A DNA stretch of 63,570 nucleotides, counting the filler. It is 21 parts of 21 records of this genome, joined end to end, with 100 filler letters (N's around TTAATTAATTAA, not from the genome) between each part and the next. Parts side by side here need not be neighbours in the genome. Positions count along the whole stretch, not along the records: positions 43,665 to 46,600 come from SRR36015645_134502; positions 46,701 to 50,387 come from SRR36015645_134886; positions 50,488 to 53,016 come from SRR36015645_135451; positions 53,117 to 55,183 come from SRR36015645_135863; 17 more parts are not named here. One strand, written 5' to 3'. The position numbers and the translations under genes are program-made. The notes under the pieces are model-generated. The model saw only the letters and a list, made by a program, of their open reading frames with translations. It ran no database searches and was not told the DNA's origin. Of the stretch, positions 43,665 to 55,283 are shown in pieces. Numbering within the stretch: the first letter of the stretch is position 1; each line of letters opens with the position of its first letter.

Positions 43665-46600
43665 ATTACTAGCTTGCAGGCAAATTCGTTGTCTGCCGTA
43701 GCCCATCTCAAGTATGCACAAGCACCATACGCTTGCTCAGATCCATCCGAAAACGTCACTAGCTGTGGGTCTTGATTTGGGTTGGCATTGGCTGGTTTTA
43801 CACATCTGTGAAAGCTTATGTGATTCATTCCGTATAAGCTCTTGAAAAATGCTAGCCAATCTTCACGGTCCTTGTCTTCAACCGGGTCGTCCCAATCCAT
43901 AACAGACTCACCACTGCACATCTTCCTCTGCAGAATCTTTGCCTTCAACGTGAAAGGGGTTGCAAACCCGAGTGGATCGTACATTGAGTTCACTTGGCTC
44001 ACTATCATCCTTTTGGTCAACTTGGATGGTGTCTTGTCCATGACTTCCTCTTCTGTCAAATCAGGCCCTGTTCTGATTGAACCTCGTTTTGGTGAGAAGT
44101 TGACCTTTGCACGAAAGAAGTACTTATCCTCAACTGGATCCCAGTCTAATCCTAGTACTCTATGTCCGGCGTTGGAGCGGAATACAGGTTGTGTATTGCT
44201 TGCCACATGTCGGTTCTCACTTCCTTCAGAAAGGCTGTCAATCCAAGTGTCTGCTTCTGCCTCTATCTGTGCAGCCGGTTGTTCTGTGACACCATTTTCT
44301 TGAGTGTCCTGATAGCTGGAGTGACCCTCTCTCGTATCGAATGCTTCTTTGTCATCATCCTGCTGTCCCGATATTGTCCAACCCTTAACTTCTAGACTTG
44401 CCATTTTCAAGATCGCATCAATTTCCTTGCAGCGCTGAGCAGCTTGTTCATGTGACTCAAAGGACGGCAGTATATCGTCAACATAACTTTGGCGTTTTAT
44501 GACCTGTGCGGCCTCTGGATACAGACTTTTACCGAGGTCAGCTGTTTTCTTCAAAGCTGTCAATGCCACCGCTGGAGCTGCCCTGTCCCCCATGGTAACC
44601 GCTGTGAGGACGTATACATCAGGCTCACGGCTTTGGTCTAGATCTCTCCACAGGAACCGATGCATGTGCTGATCGGCTTCAGACAGGAGAAATTGGTTAT
44701 ACATCTTTCGGACATCCCCTACCGCTGCAACGGGATCTCTGTTGAAACGCAGTAGAACACCATGTAGGCTGTTCATATTGTTCTTTCCCTTCGCGTAGTA
44801 GTCATTCAACGCATGTCCTTTGTATCGTAAGCTGCTGTTCCACACAATTCGAAGCGGGGTGGAAATGGAGTCTGGCTTAGCAACTGCATGGTGCACCATG
44901 TAATGTACCTTTCCACTCCATTGTCGTATTTCTTCTTCAGAAAGTTTTCTGGCATAGCCTCGATCGATGTGATCCTGAATCTGCTCTTGATACTTGGCAG
45001 CGGTTTCTGGGTTCTTCAACAGACGCTGGTCTTGAGCTTTTAGCCTTGCCAATGCTAGTGGGCGGTTATCGGGCAGGTCGTCAACGTCCTTAATTAATGG
45101 ATACTTGACCATCCATCTCTTCAACTCAGGATCATAGACAATGTTCTCTTCTATCAGCTGCTGTTCCCGTTCCTCTTTCATGTGCGTAGGACTTCCTGCT
45201 ACGCTGCATCGACCACATCTGCAGCCACCACACTTAGGGTTGCACATAACACCGAGTTCCTCAAGTGCATAAAATGGATCAAATGACACCTTAGCTGTAG
45301 CCGTGTTGACTTCCACATCTACTTCATCTACAAATGTGACATGATAAATGGCAGCAACGGTTTCTTCTTGTAAGCACTGATAGAGTTTCTCATGACTGCC
45401 AGCCAAACATTTTCCAAACTTGTTTGCGCATACGGCCAACTGATCACGGAAAGTTCCTGGAACAGGCTGCGGATGTAGGTGATAGTGTTCGATTCCCACC
45501 AAAACGTCCACCTTACCTTCCGGTCGGCGAAGCTCTTGCACTGGAATGTCATTGAACAAGCTTGCAATTGGATCGATGTCCAAAGGCTGAATATCTTGGC
45601 AAATTGTAGGAACACCATAGACTTCAACAGTGATCCTTTCTCCATCTTCAGTGAACAGTGTCAGTTCGTACTCGTAACTGTTGAGCGTGGTAACTGAGTT
45701 GCCAACCTTTCTCATTGACAGTTTCACCTTTCTACCTTTCAATCCTAGCTGTTTTGCTGCTTCGAACGTTATCATTGACAAAGTAGCTCCCGAGTCCCAG
45801 AACACGTTCACCGTTTTGCCAATGCTTCTTATTTGTTGTACAGCTAACAATGCTGGCGTCCTTCTCTTGCCTGCATGGTTGGATCGTGATATATGACTGA
45901 CGCTGTGAAGGGATGTTCCGTCAGCTGAATCCTCCTTACTATCACCTGTGTTCTCATCCTTTTGATGCAACAGTTTGTGATGCTCTTCTGTACAGCCAGC
46001 TATTCCACATGGCGACTTCTTCTTACACCATCTTTTTCTGTGTCCAGGTTCCAAACAGCTGAAGCATGCTTTGTTGTCTTTGCAGAGCTGACTTATTTCA
46101 TTTGGACTCTTGCTCTTCATGCTACGACAGTCCTTTGTTGCATGTCCAGCTAATTCTCCATGGAGCAAACATTTGGGTTTACTGTTTGATGTGTTTGAGC
46201 GATTGGGGCATCTCCTTGCCCAGTGTCCGGCTTCCCCACATTTGAAGCATGCACTGTCTGTTGCACTGGTTCCACGTGGTTTGCCCTTCTGTTTTGCAGC
46301 TCCTTCAGCATTATCGACGTAGCAGGCAGAGCCCTTGACGTTCCCACCAGTGTTTGTCCTGATCTCTGACATCCCATATTCAACTTCTCGTCTTACTTGA
46401 TGCAGATAGGATAACAATCGTTGAAACTTGTTATTCTCGTCAATGGTGGAGTCTTCTGCTACTAACTTCTCAATCCACTTGCTCGTCACTTTCTTTGGAA
46501 GGCGCTTTTCTACGACTGCGACTGTAAGCGGATTGTCAAGATGATGTTCAAGATGCAATGACTTCATGTCACGGTGTGCCAACTCAAGCTTGTTGATGAA
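43665..46600 (-). CDS. BEL/Pao LTR retrotransposon Gag-PR-RT-RNase H polyprotein fragment
   Basis: Gag knuckles (CFKC..H..C, C..H...H...C, CFSC..H..C, C...C...HH.LLH). Protease FWDSGA. RT HHAV, STPLRIV, GDVRKMY, HRFLWR, SYVDD. VLGLDW, YDPLG. RNase H FSDGSEQAYGA. Confidence 0.92.
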
Positions 46601-46700
46601 NNNNNNNNNNNNNNNNNNNNNNNNNNNNNNNNNNNNNNNNNNNNTTAATTAATTAANNNNNNNNNNNNNNNNNNNNNNNNNNNNNNNNNNNNNNNNNNNN

Positions 46701-48026
46701 GTAGTTTTTTTTGGCTTCTTTGTACTCTTCAGTTATCGTTTCATTCCTTACTGCTTCACCCAGTTTCAAATGTGCTTCTCTTTTAGCCTCTTTACACTCA
46801 TCGTTGAACCAGTGGTTAATTGGACGTTTATGTATATGTGGGTTGGTAGGCTTAATGACTATCTTTTTGAAGGATCTATCACAAGCATAACTAATATATT
46901 GGTAAAGCAATTTCCAAATGTCTAATGTGGAGGCATCTCCTTTTATTACTGCAACCTCAAAAGTGTCTAGCAAGCACAGTGCATCTACATTGTACAAAAT
47001 ATTTATAAAATCTGCTAGTTTTTCAATGTCCCAAGAGAATTTGCAAACTGGTACTAGACTGCGGTGTTTGGTGTTCGAAACTGAACCTTCTCTAGCATAA
47101 TTTTTCAAAGAAAAACTGACTGGTTTATGATCCGTACCAATAATCAACTTTCCTACTATAAACTTGCTAATATGACAGGAAGAATTATAATTACACAATA
47201 AGTAGTCTATGACACTGCTACCCCGGGAGCACATATACGTGTAATCTCCTATACCTTTGTCGTCATAGAGTCTACCATTCATAATGAGAACCCCACTCGT
47301 TTTGCAAAAGTCTAATAATTTATTACCAAAGCCATTGCATATTTTGTCCTTAGAATATCGGTTCAGAAACGCAGATGGCGGTGATGAGGCCATGGAATTA
47401 AAAATGTTGTTTGTATCATCCCGAATAAAGTCATCACTATCAGCAGATCTCGAATTTAGGTCACCACATACGTAAACAGGCCCTAACATAGTAAACTTGC
47501 CTACATCATCTAAAACTTTACTATAAAGGTCATCTACAGAGAAGTTACTGTCATACATGTAAGAATTAGTAGGAGGGAAATATGCACAGCAAATGTAGTA
47601 TTTAAATGAAGAAACATTAATTTCGATCCATGCATAATTTTCTGTTTTCTCAATGATTTTTACACGGTTTGCAATGTCTAATTTAATTAATATAGCTAGG
47701 CCCCCAGCATATCTTTTTGCTTTGGGGTGTTTCTGATGCCTAGCTATGTTTATTCCTAAATAGTTTGGTATCTCAATATTGAATTCTGGTTCTAACCATG
47801 TCTCAAAGAGGAAAATTACGGCATTTTCATACACTATATCTAAAAACATTTCATCTACCAATTTAGATTTCAAGCCATTTACATTCCAGCATAGAATAGG
47901 TATTGCTGTATCATTTTCTCTATTCAACTGAGTGCATACACTAGTAGGCCTACTTACTGAGTTTAGAGAACTGCTACACTCAACTAAATTGGTGGGTGTT
48001 CCTGTGGTGACGGAAAATTTTGGCAT
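46701..48026 (-). CDS. LINE ORF2 N-terminus (APE endonuclease), RTEX-like, truncated
   Basis: CWNVNG, FETW, AGGLAI, YFPP, GDLNSR, NGFGNKLLDFC, NGRLYDD..GDYT, SVIDY, TDHKP. Confidence 0.88.
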
Positions 48027-50387
48027 GGGCCTGCACCCAGTCTAAATGTATTGTACATTTCATGCAGAATATTGTTCGCTAGTGCCTTCTTCCCATCTGC
48101 ATTCATGTGAATGTTGTCATAGTATAGATGCTCCGCGTAATTTTGTCCTTGTTGAAATATCGAATCCTGGTTGATGAAATGAAGTCTTTGATCGCTTGTT
48201 GCTTTATGCTCTAGATATTTGTTGATGATTTCTCGTCTGTCATTGTAACTTGGATTATGTAGTCGAGGGGGAATGCTAGATATGAATATTTCTTCATCTG
48301 AGTATACTTCTTTCGCTCTTTTCAATACATCATCGACTATTCCTTTAGTCTCTTCTATTGTCTCCTGTGATCTCCTGTCTATGTTATTACCGAAACTTTG
48401 TATGATAAGGACATCTGGTTTCCTGCTAGTATCCCTGTAGTCGTTGAAGTCAATTTGTTGAGCTTTTGCACCAGGATTTGGAAATGTTGTGCTGGTAACT
48501 TTGTTATCATCCCTCACAGTTACACCTTTTACTAGAGAGTTTCCGATTAGGTGGACATACATGTTGGTTTTGGTGTTTTCTCTGGCTTTGTTGCCATCGG
48601 CAGGAGCTGCAGCCTTGTCGTCTCGTGACATATTGGAATTGTCACTAATCGCCACTGGATTTTCAGCTATTATAACAGGAAGTGTCTTATTTACCATATT
48701 TGGCAGAGCATCAGTATGAATAGATTCGTTTTCACCAAGATGAATAGATTCATTTTGTACTTCACCGTCGTTACAATCCAAAACACTGTATGTGTTACTA
48801 GTCACAGGAGTATCATTGCCTTGACTTACCATTATTGCTGTGTTCTTGTTATTATTGCTTATTGTTACAATTTCCCCTGGCATTGTATTAAAAATGACCG
48901 CCCTCATTTGCTCATCTAGATCACCCAACTTGTCCATGATTCTGCTAAACATATTGTTTGTGGCTTTCTGCTGATTTTGAAGAGTTATTTGCTGCTGTTT
49001 TATTTCACAATTTTCAGCCTTTAATGTAATATACTCTTTTTTCTGTTTTTCTAGAGCTACAGTAAGTTTCTTTATTTCTGCCACTTGTTTTTTGCATTGT
49101 GAGCAGTTTAATTTTTCTGTTGTTTCTTTTGCCTTCTTCTTAGATTGGTCTTTTTCTTTCTGCGGCCGTACTTTATTATCCGTCCGAGCTGGGTTACTGG
49201 TTTTGCCTGATGCCTTGGGAGAGATGTTTGTATCATTGTGCATTGTTGTACTCTCTGCACATGCAGTTTCTTCGCATTGCAGATTAGCACTGATTCTGTC
49301 CTCACTGGACATACCGGTATCTACAGGTTGCTTGTCTGTACCGTTGTTCCTTCCATCTTCACAAGAAGTATCGGCAGTAACCACTTTCGTCGCGTTCCCT
49401 TCTGGCATTCCCTCATCATCTGAATGCATCTCTTTGTCACATCCAACTAGCCCATGTATTCGTTCTGTGTCTCCACATATATTCATACTATCTACACATA
49501 CTCTATCAACACATGCATTACTCCCATTTTTACATTCAGCTTCCACACATGCCTTACTCCCATCTTCACCTTCCGTATCACCACAAGTGTTCATCCTTCT
49601 TTCACGTTCTGTTACACCACGTTCATTACTCCCATCTTTACTCTCTGCGTCCATACACCCATTCATGTTATCTGTATAGACACTATCACCACATTCATTT
49701 CTCACGCCTTCATGTTCTGTAGCAACACGTACATTCATCACACCTTGACATTCTCTAGCAACTGCTGTATTTATTCGATCTTCCTGTTCACTAATGACAC
49801 ATAGGTCCGATTCGTCTACGCGTTCTGTATCAGCACAAGCATCCTGTCCATCTGCACCTTTTTCGTCGACATAAACATGCAACTTGCCTTCACATGATGG
49901 AACTGCACAGATGTTTAGCTCACTATCATCCGATATAGAAGAGTCTGTCCCTTGTTCAACATGTTGCCTCATCTCGCCATCGCATTCAAGATTGATGACT
50001 GGTTTCATGACAGAGGTTGTTGATGTCATACTATCATTTTGTAAACTTACTCCATGTTCACAGCATTCTTCCATGTGTGATATACTGTCGGCATTAGAAT
50101 TTGCTGTCTCATTTAGAGTGAGGTATGAGAATGACTCAGTTATGATGCATGCTTCTTCAGTCATGTTATCGGCGATTAGTGAATGTGCATCATCTAAACT
50201 CTGACATGACATTTTTTCCCCCTTGCTTAAGTCGCTGGGAGTTGTGATGATCTTTTCATCATGTTCATCTGTTTCCTTATTTCTGTGTTCATCGCCATTG
50301 ATAGTATCTAGCAAATACTCTCGATATCTATCCGTTGTTCTTCGGTTTCGCGATGTACGTGGGGCTTTAGAGATTAGATCCACAATG
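47984..50387 (-). CDS. LINE ORF1 with disordered/repeat N-region, coiled coil and C-terminal SGNH esterase domain (5'-truncated)
   Basis: LIGNSLVK, PGAK, GNN, SSIPPR, YDNIHMN..GK..LA match SGNH blocks. CxxC followed by a coiled coil. Overlaps ORF2. Confidence 0.82.
49415..49849 (-). repeat. Degenerate 36-bp (12-aa) coding tandem repeat, ~12 copies
   Basis: MNGCMDAESKDG / SNERGVTERERR / MNTCGDTEGEDG / SKACVEAECKNG / SNACVDRVCVDS / MNICGDTERIHG and similar units. Confidence 0.75.
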
Positions 50388-50487
50388 NNNNNNNNNNNNN
50401 NNNNNNNNNNNNNNNNNNNNNNNNNNNNNNNTTAATTAATTAANNNNNNNNNNNNNNNNNNNNNNNNNNNNNNNNNNNNNNNNNNNN

Positions 50488-53016
50488 GTAGACAACATTA
50501 TAAGCGGAGAATCTACAACTTCAAAAGCAATAGAGTACTATCGCGAAGCAAAGGAAATCTTTAGCGACATGAAGATGAATCTACGAGACTGGCTTTCCAA
50601 TGACAAAGAATTCATGAATTCTATTCCTGAGAAAGATCAAGCTAAATACCAAACCACAAAACTACTGGGAATAATATGGGATCCAAACGAGGATACATAC
50701 AGCGTAGCAAACGTCGCCAGCACGAGTAAAGAAATCATACGACTGAAGGATCTTCTATCCACAGCATCAAGCGTATATGATCCACTTGGATATTTCAGTC
50801 CGATTATTGTCAAAGCAAAATTATTGGTCAGAGAAGCCATGAAAGATAAAATAAGCTGGGATGACAGATTACCTCAAGATATAATCAACCATTGGACAGA
50901 CATCTCACAAGACATGAGTATGATACAAAAACAGAAATTGCCAAGATTTATCGCTGGAACAACTGAACTAGCAATGTATGAATTACATTGTTTTGTGGAT
51001 GCTTCAAGCAAAGCCTACGCAGCTACCATCTACCTTGTTACGATAGAAAACAATTCAAGATCTAGTAGCATTTTGATCAGTAAAAATCGATTATCACCGA
51101 AACAAAACATCACCATTCCAAGGTTGGAACTCCTTGCTGCGTACATTGGAATAAAGTTGATATCGTTTACTGCAAACGAAATCAAAATCCCGATTATGAG
51201 AAAGATTTTGTGGTCTGACTCAAAATGTGTCTTATACTGGATATCAAGTCACAAGCTAAAGTCCGTATTCGTGGAGAACCGACTCCGAGAAATACGAAAG
51301 GCAGAAGGCATCGAATTTCGGTATGTACCAACATCGCTAAACCCTTCTGACATTCCCACAAGAGGCACAACATTAGAAGAGTTAATGGAAAACACACAAT
51401 GGTGGCATGGACCATCATTTCTGCGAACCGTAGAACATTGGCCACAGCCAATACAAGAAATCACAGAACTGTCAAATGAAGATACGGAACTCATTGAATC
51501 CGAAAATCGAAGTACAATGAAATCAACAACACTAGCTACAGTAGTGAAGGAAAAAACGGAAATGGAAACGCCTTTCATGATCAATCATACAAAATACTCA
51601 TCAATCACAAAGCTTCATAGAATTACAGCATATGCCATAAGATTTGTCAACAATTGTCGCAACATCGAAAAAACACATGGACCACTCAAAATGCACGAAA
51701 TCCACAATGCGCAACATATGTGGGACAAATGCATCCAGGACACGTACTTTACCGAAGTCGCAAACAGCAAAACAGAACGAGATGACTGGAAGGATTTGAA
51801 AGGCCTAAATCCATTCCGTGATGACAATGGATTAATCAGATGTGCAGGTCGTCTTCAAGAAAGTCATTTGAATTTTGACAGAAGATGTCCAGTATTGTTA
51901 CCAAGAGGGGAACATTACACATCGTTGATAATCCAACGAGCACACAAGAATCTATTTCACACAGGACAGAAACAGACCTTATCAGCAATACGTGAACACT
52001 ACTGGATTCCACAGGGTAAACGAGAAGTACAAAAGATTATCAAGAAATGCACCATTTGTAAACGTTGGCAAGGAAAGCCGTATGAAAAGCCACGCGAACC
52101 TCCACTACCCAAAGAAAGGGTATCAGAAAGTAATCCCTTCGAAAACATAGGAGTAGACTATCTCGGCCCACTCTATGTAAAGGAAACGAACACCACATCA
52201 AAGGTATGGATATGCCTATTCACTTGCATGTGCATCAGAGCAATACACTTAGAAGTCATCCATAGTCTAAGCGCCGATGCATTCATTAATTGTTTACGGA
52301 AATTTATTGCCAGAAGAGGAATTCCAAGTCTGATAATGAGTGACAATGCTACCACGTTCAAGTCAGCGAGTAAAATTCTGGAAAACATAATGAAGACTGA
52401 TCAGGTTCAAAATTTTGCAACGACAAAGGGTATAACATGGAAATTCATAACAGAAAGAGCACCGTGGATGGGAGGATTTTGGGAAAGGCTCATCAGAAGT
52501 GTTAAGGGTGCACTTAGAAAGACTTTGTCTCTACAAAAGGTAACCACGGATCAACTTTCAACATTAGTCACTGAAATCGAAGCAACGTTGAACAAACGTC
52601 CATTGACGGCAATTGACAATAATCTGGAAAACATTGAAATTTTGACGCCGTCACATTTCCTCATACAAAACAGATCCAGCATTCAATGCATTCCATCCAT
52701 CAATGGTTTGGATAAAGCAAAGGGTGTTACGAGAGATCAGATACTACATCATTGGAAGAAGGGACAGAGAAAACTACAGCAGTTCTGGAGCACTTGGAGA
52801 AAGGATTACCTTGATGAGTTAAGGGAACAACACTCATCATCAAACAAATGTCAAAACTCGAAGAATGTTCACCCCACCATAGGAGAAGTTGTGGTTATAG
52901 CAGATACTGGGTCTAGACATTCTCCTCGAGGTACGTGGAAATTGGGACGTGTTGAAAACCTAAAACTCGGACGAGATGGAAAGACTCGAAGTGCCACAGT
53001 AAAGACGGAGAACGGT
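50488..53016 (+). CDS. BEL/Pao pol fragment (RT end, RNase H, integrase)
   Basis: (Y)VDN at the contig start, YDPLG, FVDASSKAYA, TIPRLEL, NPSD. Integrase H..H..CxxC, GVDYLGP, SDNATTF, APWMGGFWERL. C-terminal W.LGRV...G.DG..RSA. Confidence 0.93.
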
Positions 53017-53159
53017 NNNNNNNNNNNNNNNNNNNNNNNNNNNNNNNNNNNNNNNNNNNNTTAATTAATTAANNNNNNNNNNNNNNNNNNNNNNNNNNNN
53101 NNNNNNNNNNNNNNNNACAGATAAATTTAAAAACGAGTTGTTTCTTTTAATTTGAATAG

Positions 53160-55183
53160 GAAGCATGGAAGTATGTTGAAGAGTGGCGCAACAAAGAACA
53201 AGATGCACGTAACCAAGTGGAAAGGCTTCAGCTGGATATGGTTAATCTTAATGATCTCCTACAGTCAAAAACAAACCAGGAAAACCACGTAGAAGAATTA
53301 ATGATTCTAAAACAACAGTTGGAAAGGGAGAAACAAGAATCTGAAGAAAGAATTGAAACATTGGAGGTCAATTTAGCGGCTCTTAAAGAGGAGCGCGATA
53401 CATTAGAAGTTGAGAAGCTATCGGCAGAAGAACAGTTGAATAGTTTTACAACAGCATTACAGTCAAAAGATGTCGAGTTACAGAAAGTCACAAATCATTG
53501 CACCAGGTTGAAAATGGATCAGAAGCAAATGTCAGGTGAAATAGATAATAAAAATAAGCAAGTTAGAGCATTGGAAATGAAGGTGGAAGATCTCAAGGAA
53601 CAAGTTGCTAGGCATTTAGAAAATGTAGACGAGAAAAGACAAGAATTGGACGAGTTGAGAATCCTACACAACACTGTGAGGGACGAGCATCAAGTCCTTA
53701 AAGAAGAGTATAATAGACAGAACAAGAAAGTGGAAGAGTTGCAATCAAAAAGCGTGGAGCAGGCGCTTGATGTAAAGTCAGTACGGATTGAAATTCGCAA
53801 CCTGAAAACTACGGTGAGTGAACAAAAGAAAACGATCATCAAACAGACAACAAAACTGAAATCACAAGACAAAAGAATCAATGATCTGGAGGAAGAAAAG
53901 CTTTCACACGCAGAAAAAATCTGTGCTTTCGAAAGAGAGGTCGACATCGCTAAATTAGCACAGAAAAAAGATGTTAGCGACGTCCATGATTTGCAAACGG
54001 AAGTCGAACTGCTCACCAGCAATATGGCTAAAGCAAAGAATGCAATAGAATTAAGTGAAAAGAATCTGGAGCAAGAAAAGAGTGAAAACAAATTGTTGAA
54101 TTCTAAGTTAGAGAAATTGCACGATCAGTTGATAAGACAAGCTCAAACTATGGATGAATTAGCTAAACAAAGGGACCATTACCTGAGGGAAGTAAACGAA
54201 GGTAAACAATTTGTGGATAGCTACGAAGAAAAAATAAAGGTGCATGAAAACTTACTTATAGATGCGAACAAAAAAATAAACGCGGCAGAAGAGCGGACAA
54301 AAGAGCACGAAGCTACAAACAAGAAACTAACAACGGACAATTTCATACGCAAGCAAAATATAAATGACCTTAATGCAGAAATAGGAGCATTGGGCCGTCA
54401 GATTAAACAGTTACGGGAACGTGCCGAGGATAAAGAGCTAACACTAGGCAAAGAACACAAAAAGTTTATGGAAATGGAGGCCGAAAACAAAGCATTGAAA
54501 AATAAATTGCGGCATTTAGAAGCTAAAAATAGAGAAGCTAAGCTACAAGTAGGGCGCCTGCAGGAAACCATTGCAGAAAAAGACATTGAGCAGAGCGGCC
54601 ACCTGAAAACTATAAAGATGTTAGTGCAAGAGAAACTAGAGGTGGAATGGCGTGTTGAGCACTTGATACGTGAGAGAGAGACTTTGGGCGCCCAGATATT
54701 ACGCAGAAATGATGAAATTGAGCTGCTAAACCAGAAAATAAACATTCAGCAAAATCTTTTAAATACTACCAAATCGGAAAGCAAACAAAGATGGGAAGAC
54801 ATTAGAATATTGAAAGCGGAGGTAAAAAATATGAGACGACACATAGGCATTCTTAACAATAATGCTTCAGGGGCGAGTTTAGTACACCGACAGATGTACA
54901 TGTTAAAAGAACAGTTACTAAAAGAGCAAACTATTTCTAGAGCGCTGGAGGCTGAAATGGAAAACCCGATGAACGTTCACAGATGGAGAAAACTGGAAGG
55001 TAATGATCCAACATTGTACGAGATAATACGGAAGACACACGTCTTACAACGTTGTCTGATTCAGAAATCTAACGAAATCGTGAAAAAGGAAAGATTGATT
55101 CAGGAAAAGGAGAGGCTGTACGTGGAATTAAAAAAGGCACTGACTCGAAGAGCTGCAGGACCAGAAATTACTGAACGTATTTC
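53160..55183 (+). CDS. CFAP58: CFAP58 (CCDC147)-like ciliary coiled-coil protein, one >2-kb exon, truncated
   Basis: Signature ERETLGAQILRRNDEIELL and RALEAEMENPMNVHRWRKLEGNDP...IQEKERLYVELK...GPE. Acceptor tttcttttaatttgaatag| at 53159. Divergent, so orthologue vs paralogue is unresolved. Confidence 0.8.
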
Positions 55184-55283
55184 NNNNNNNNNNNNNNNNN
55201 NNNNNNNNNNNNNNNNNNNNNNNNNNNTTAATTAATTAANNNNNNNNNNNNNNNNNNNNNNNNNNNNNNNNNNNNNNNNNNNN

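Noticed and set aside
43665-53016. The two BEL/Pao contigs as halves of one element
   Set aside because: Both cover the RT-end/RNase H region with very different sequences, so they are separate families.
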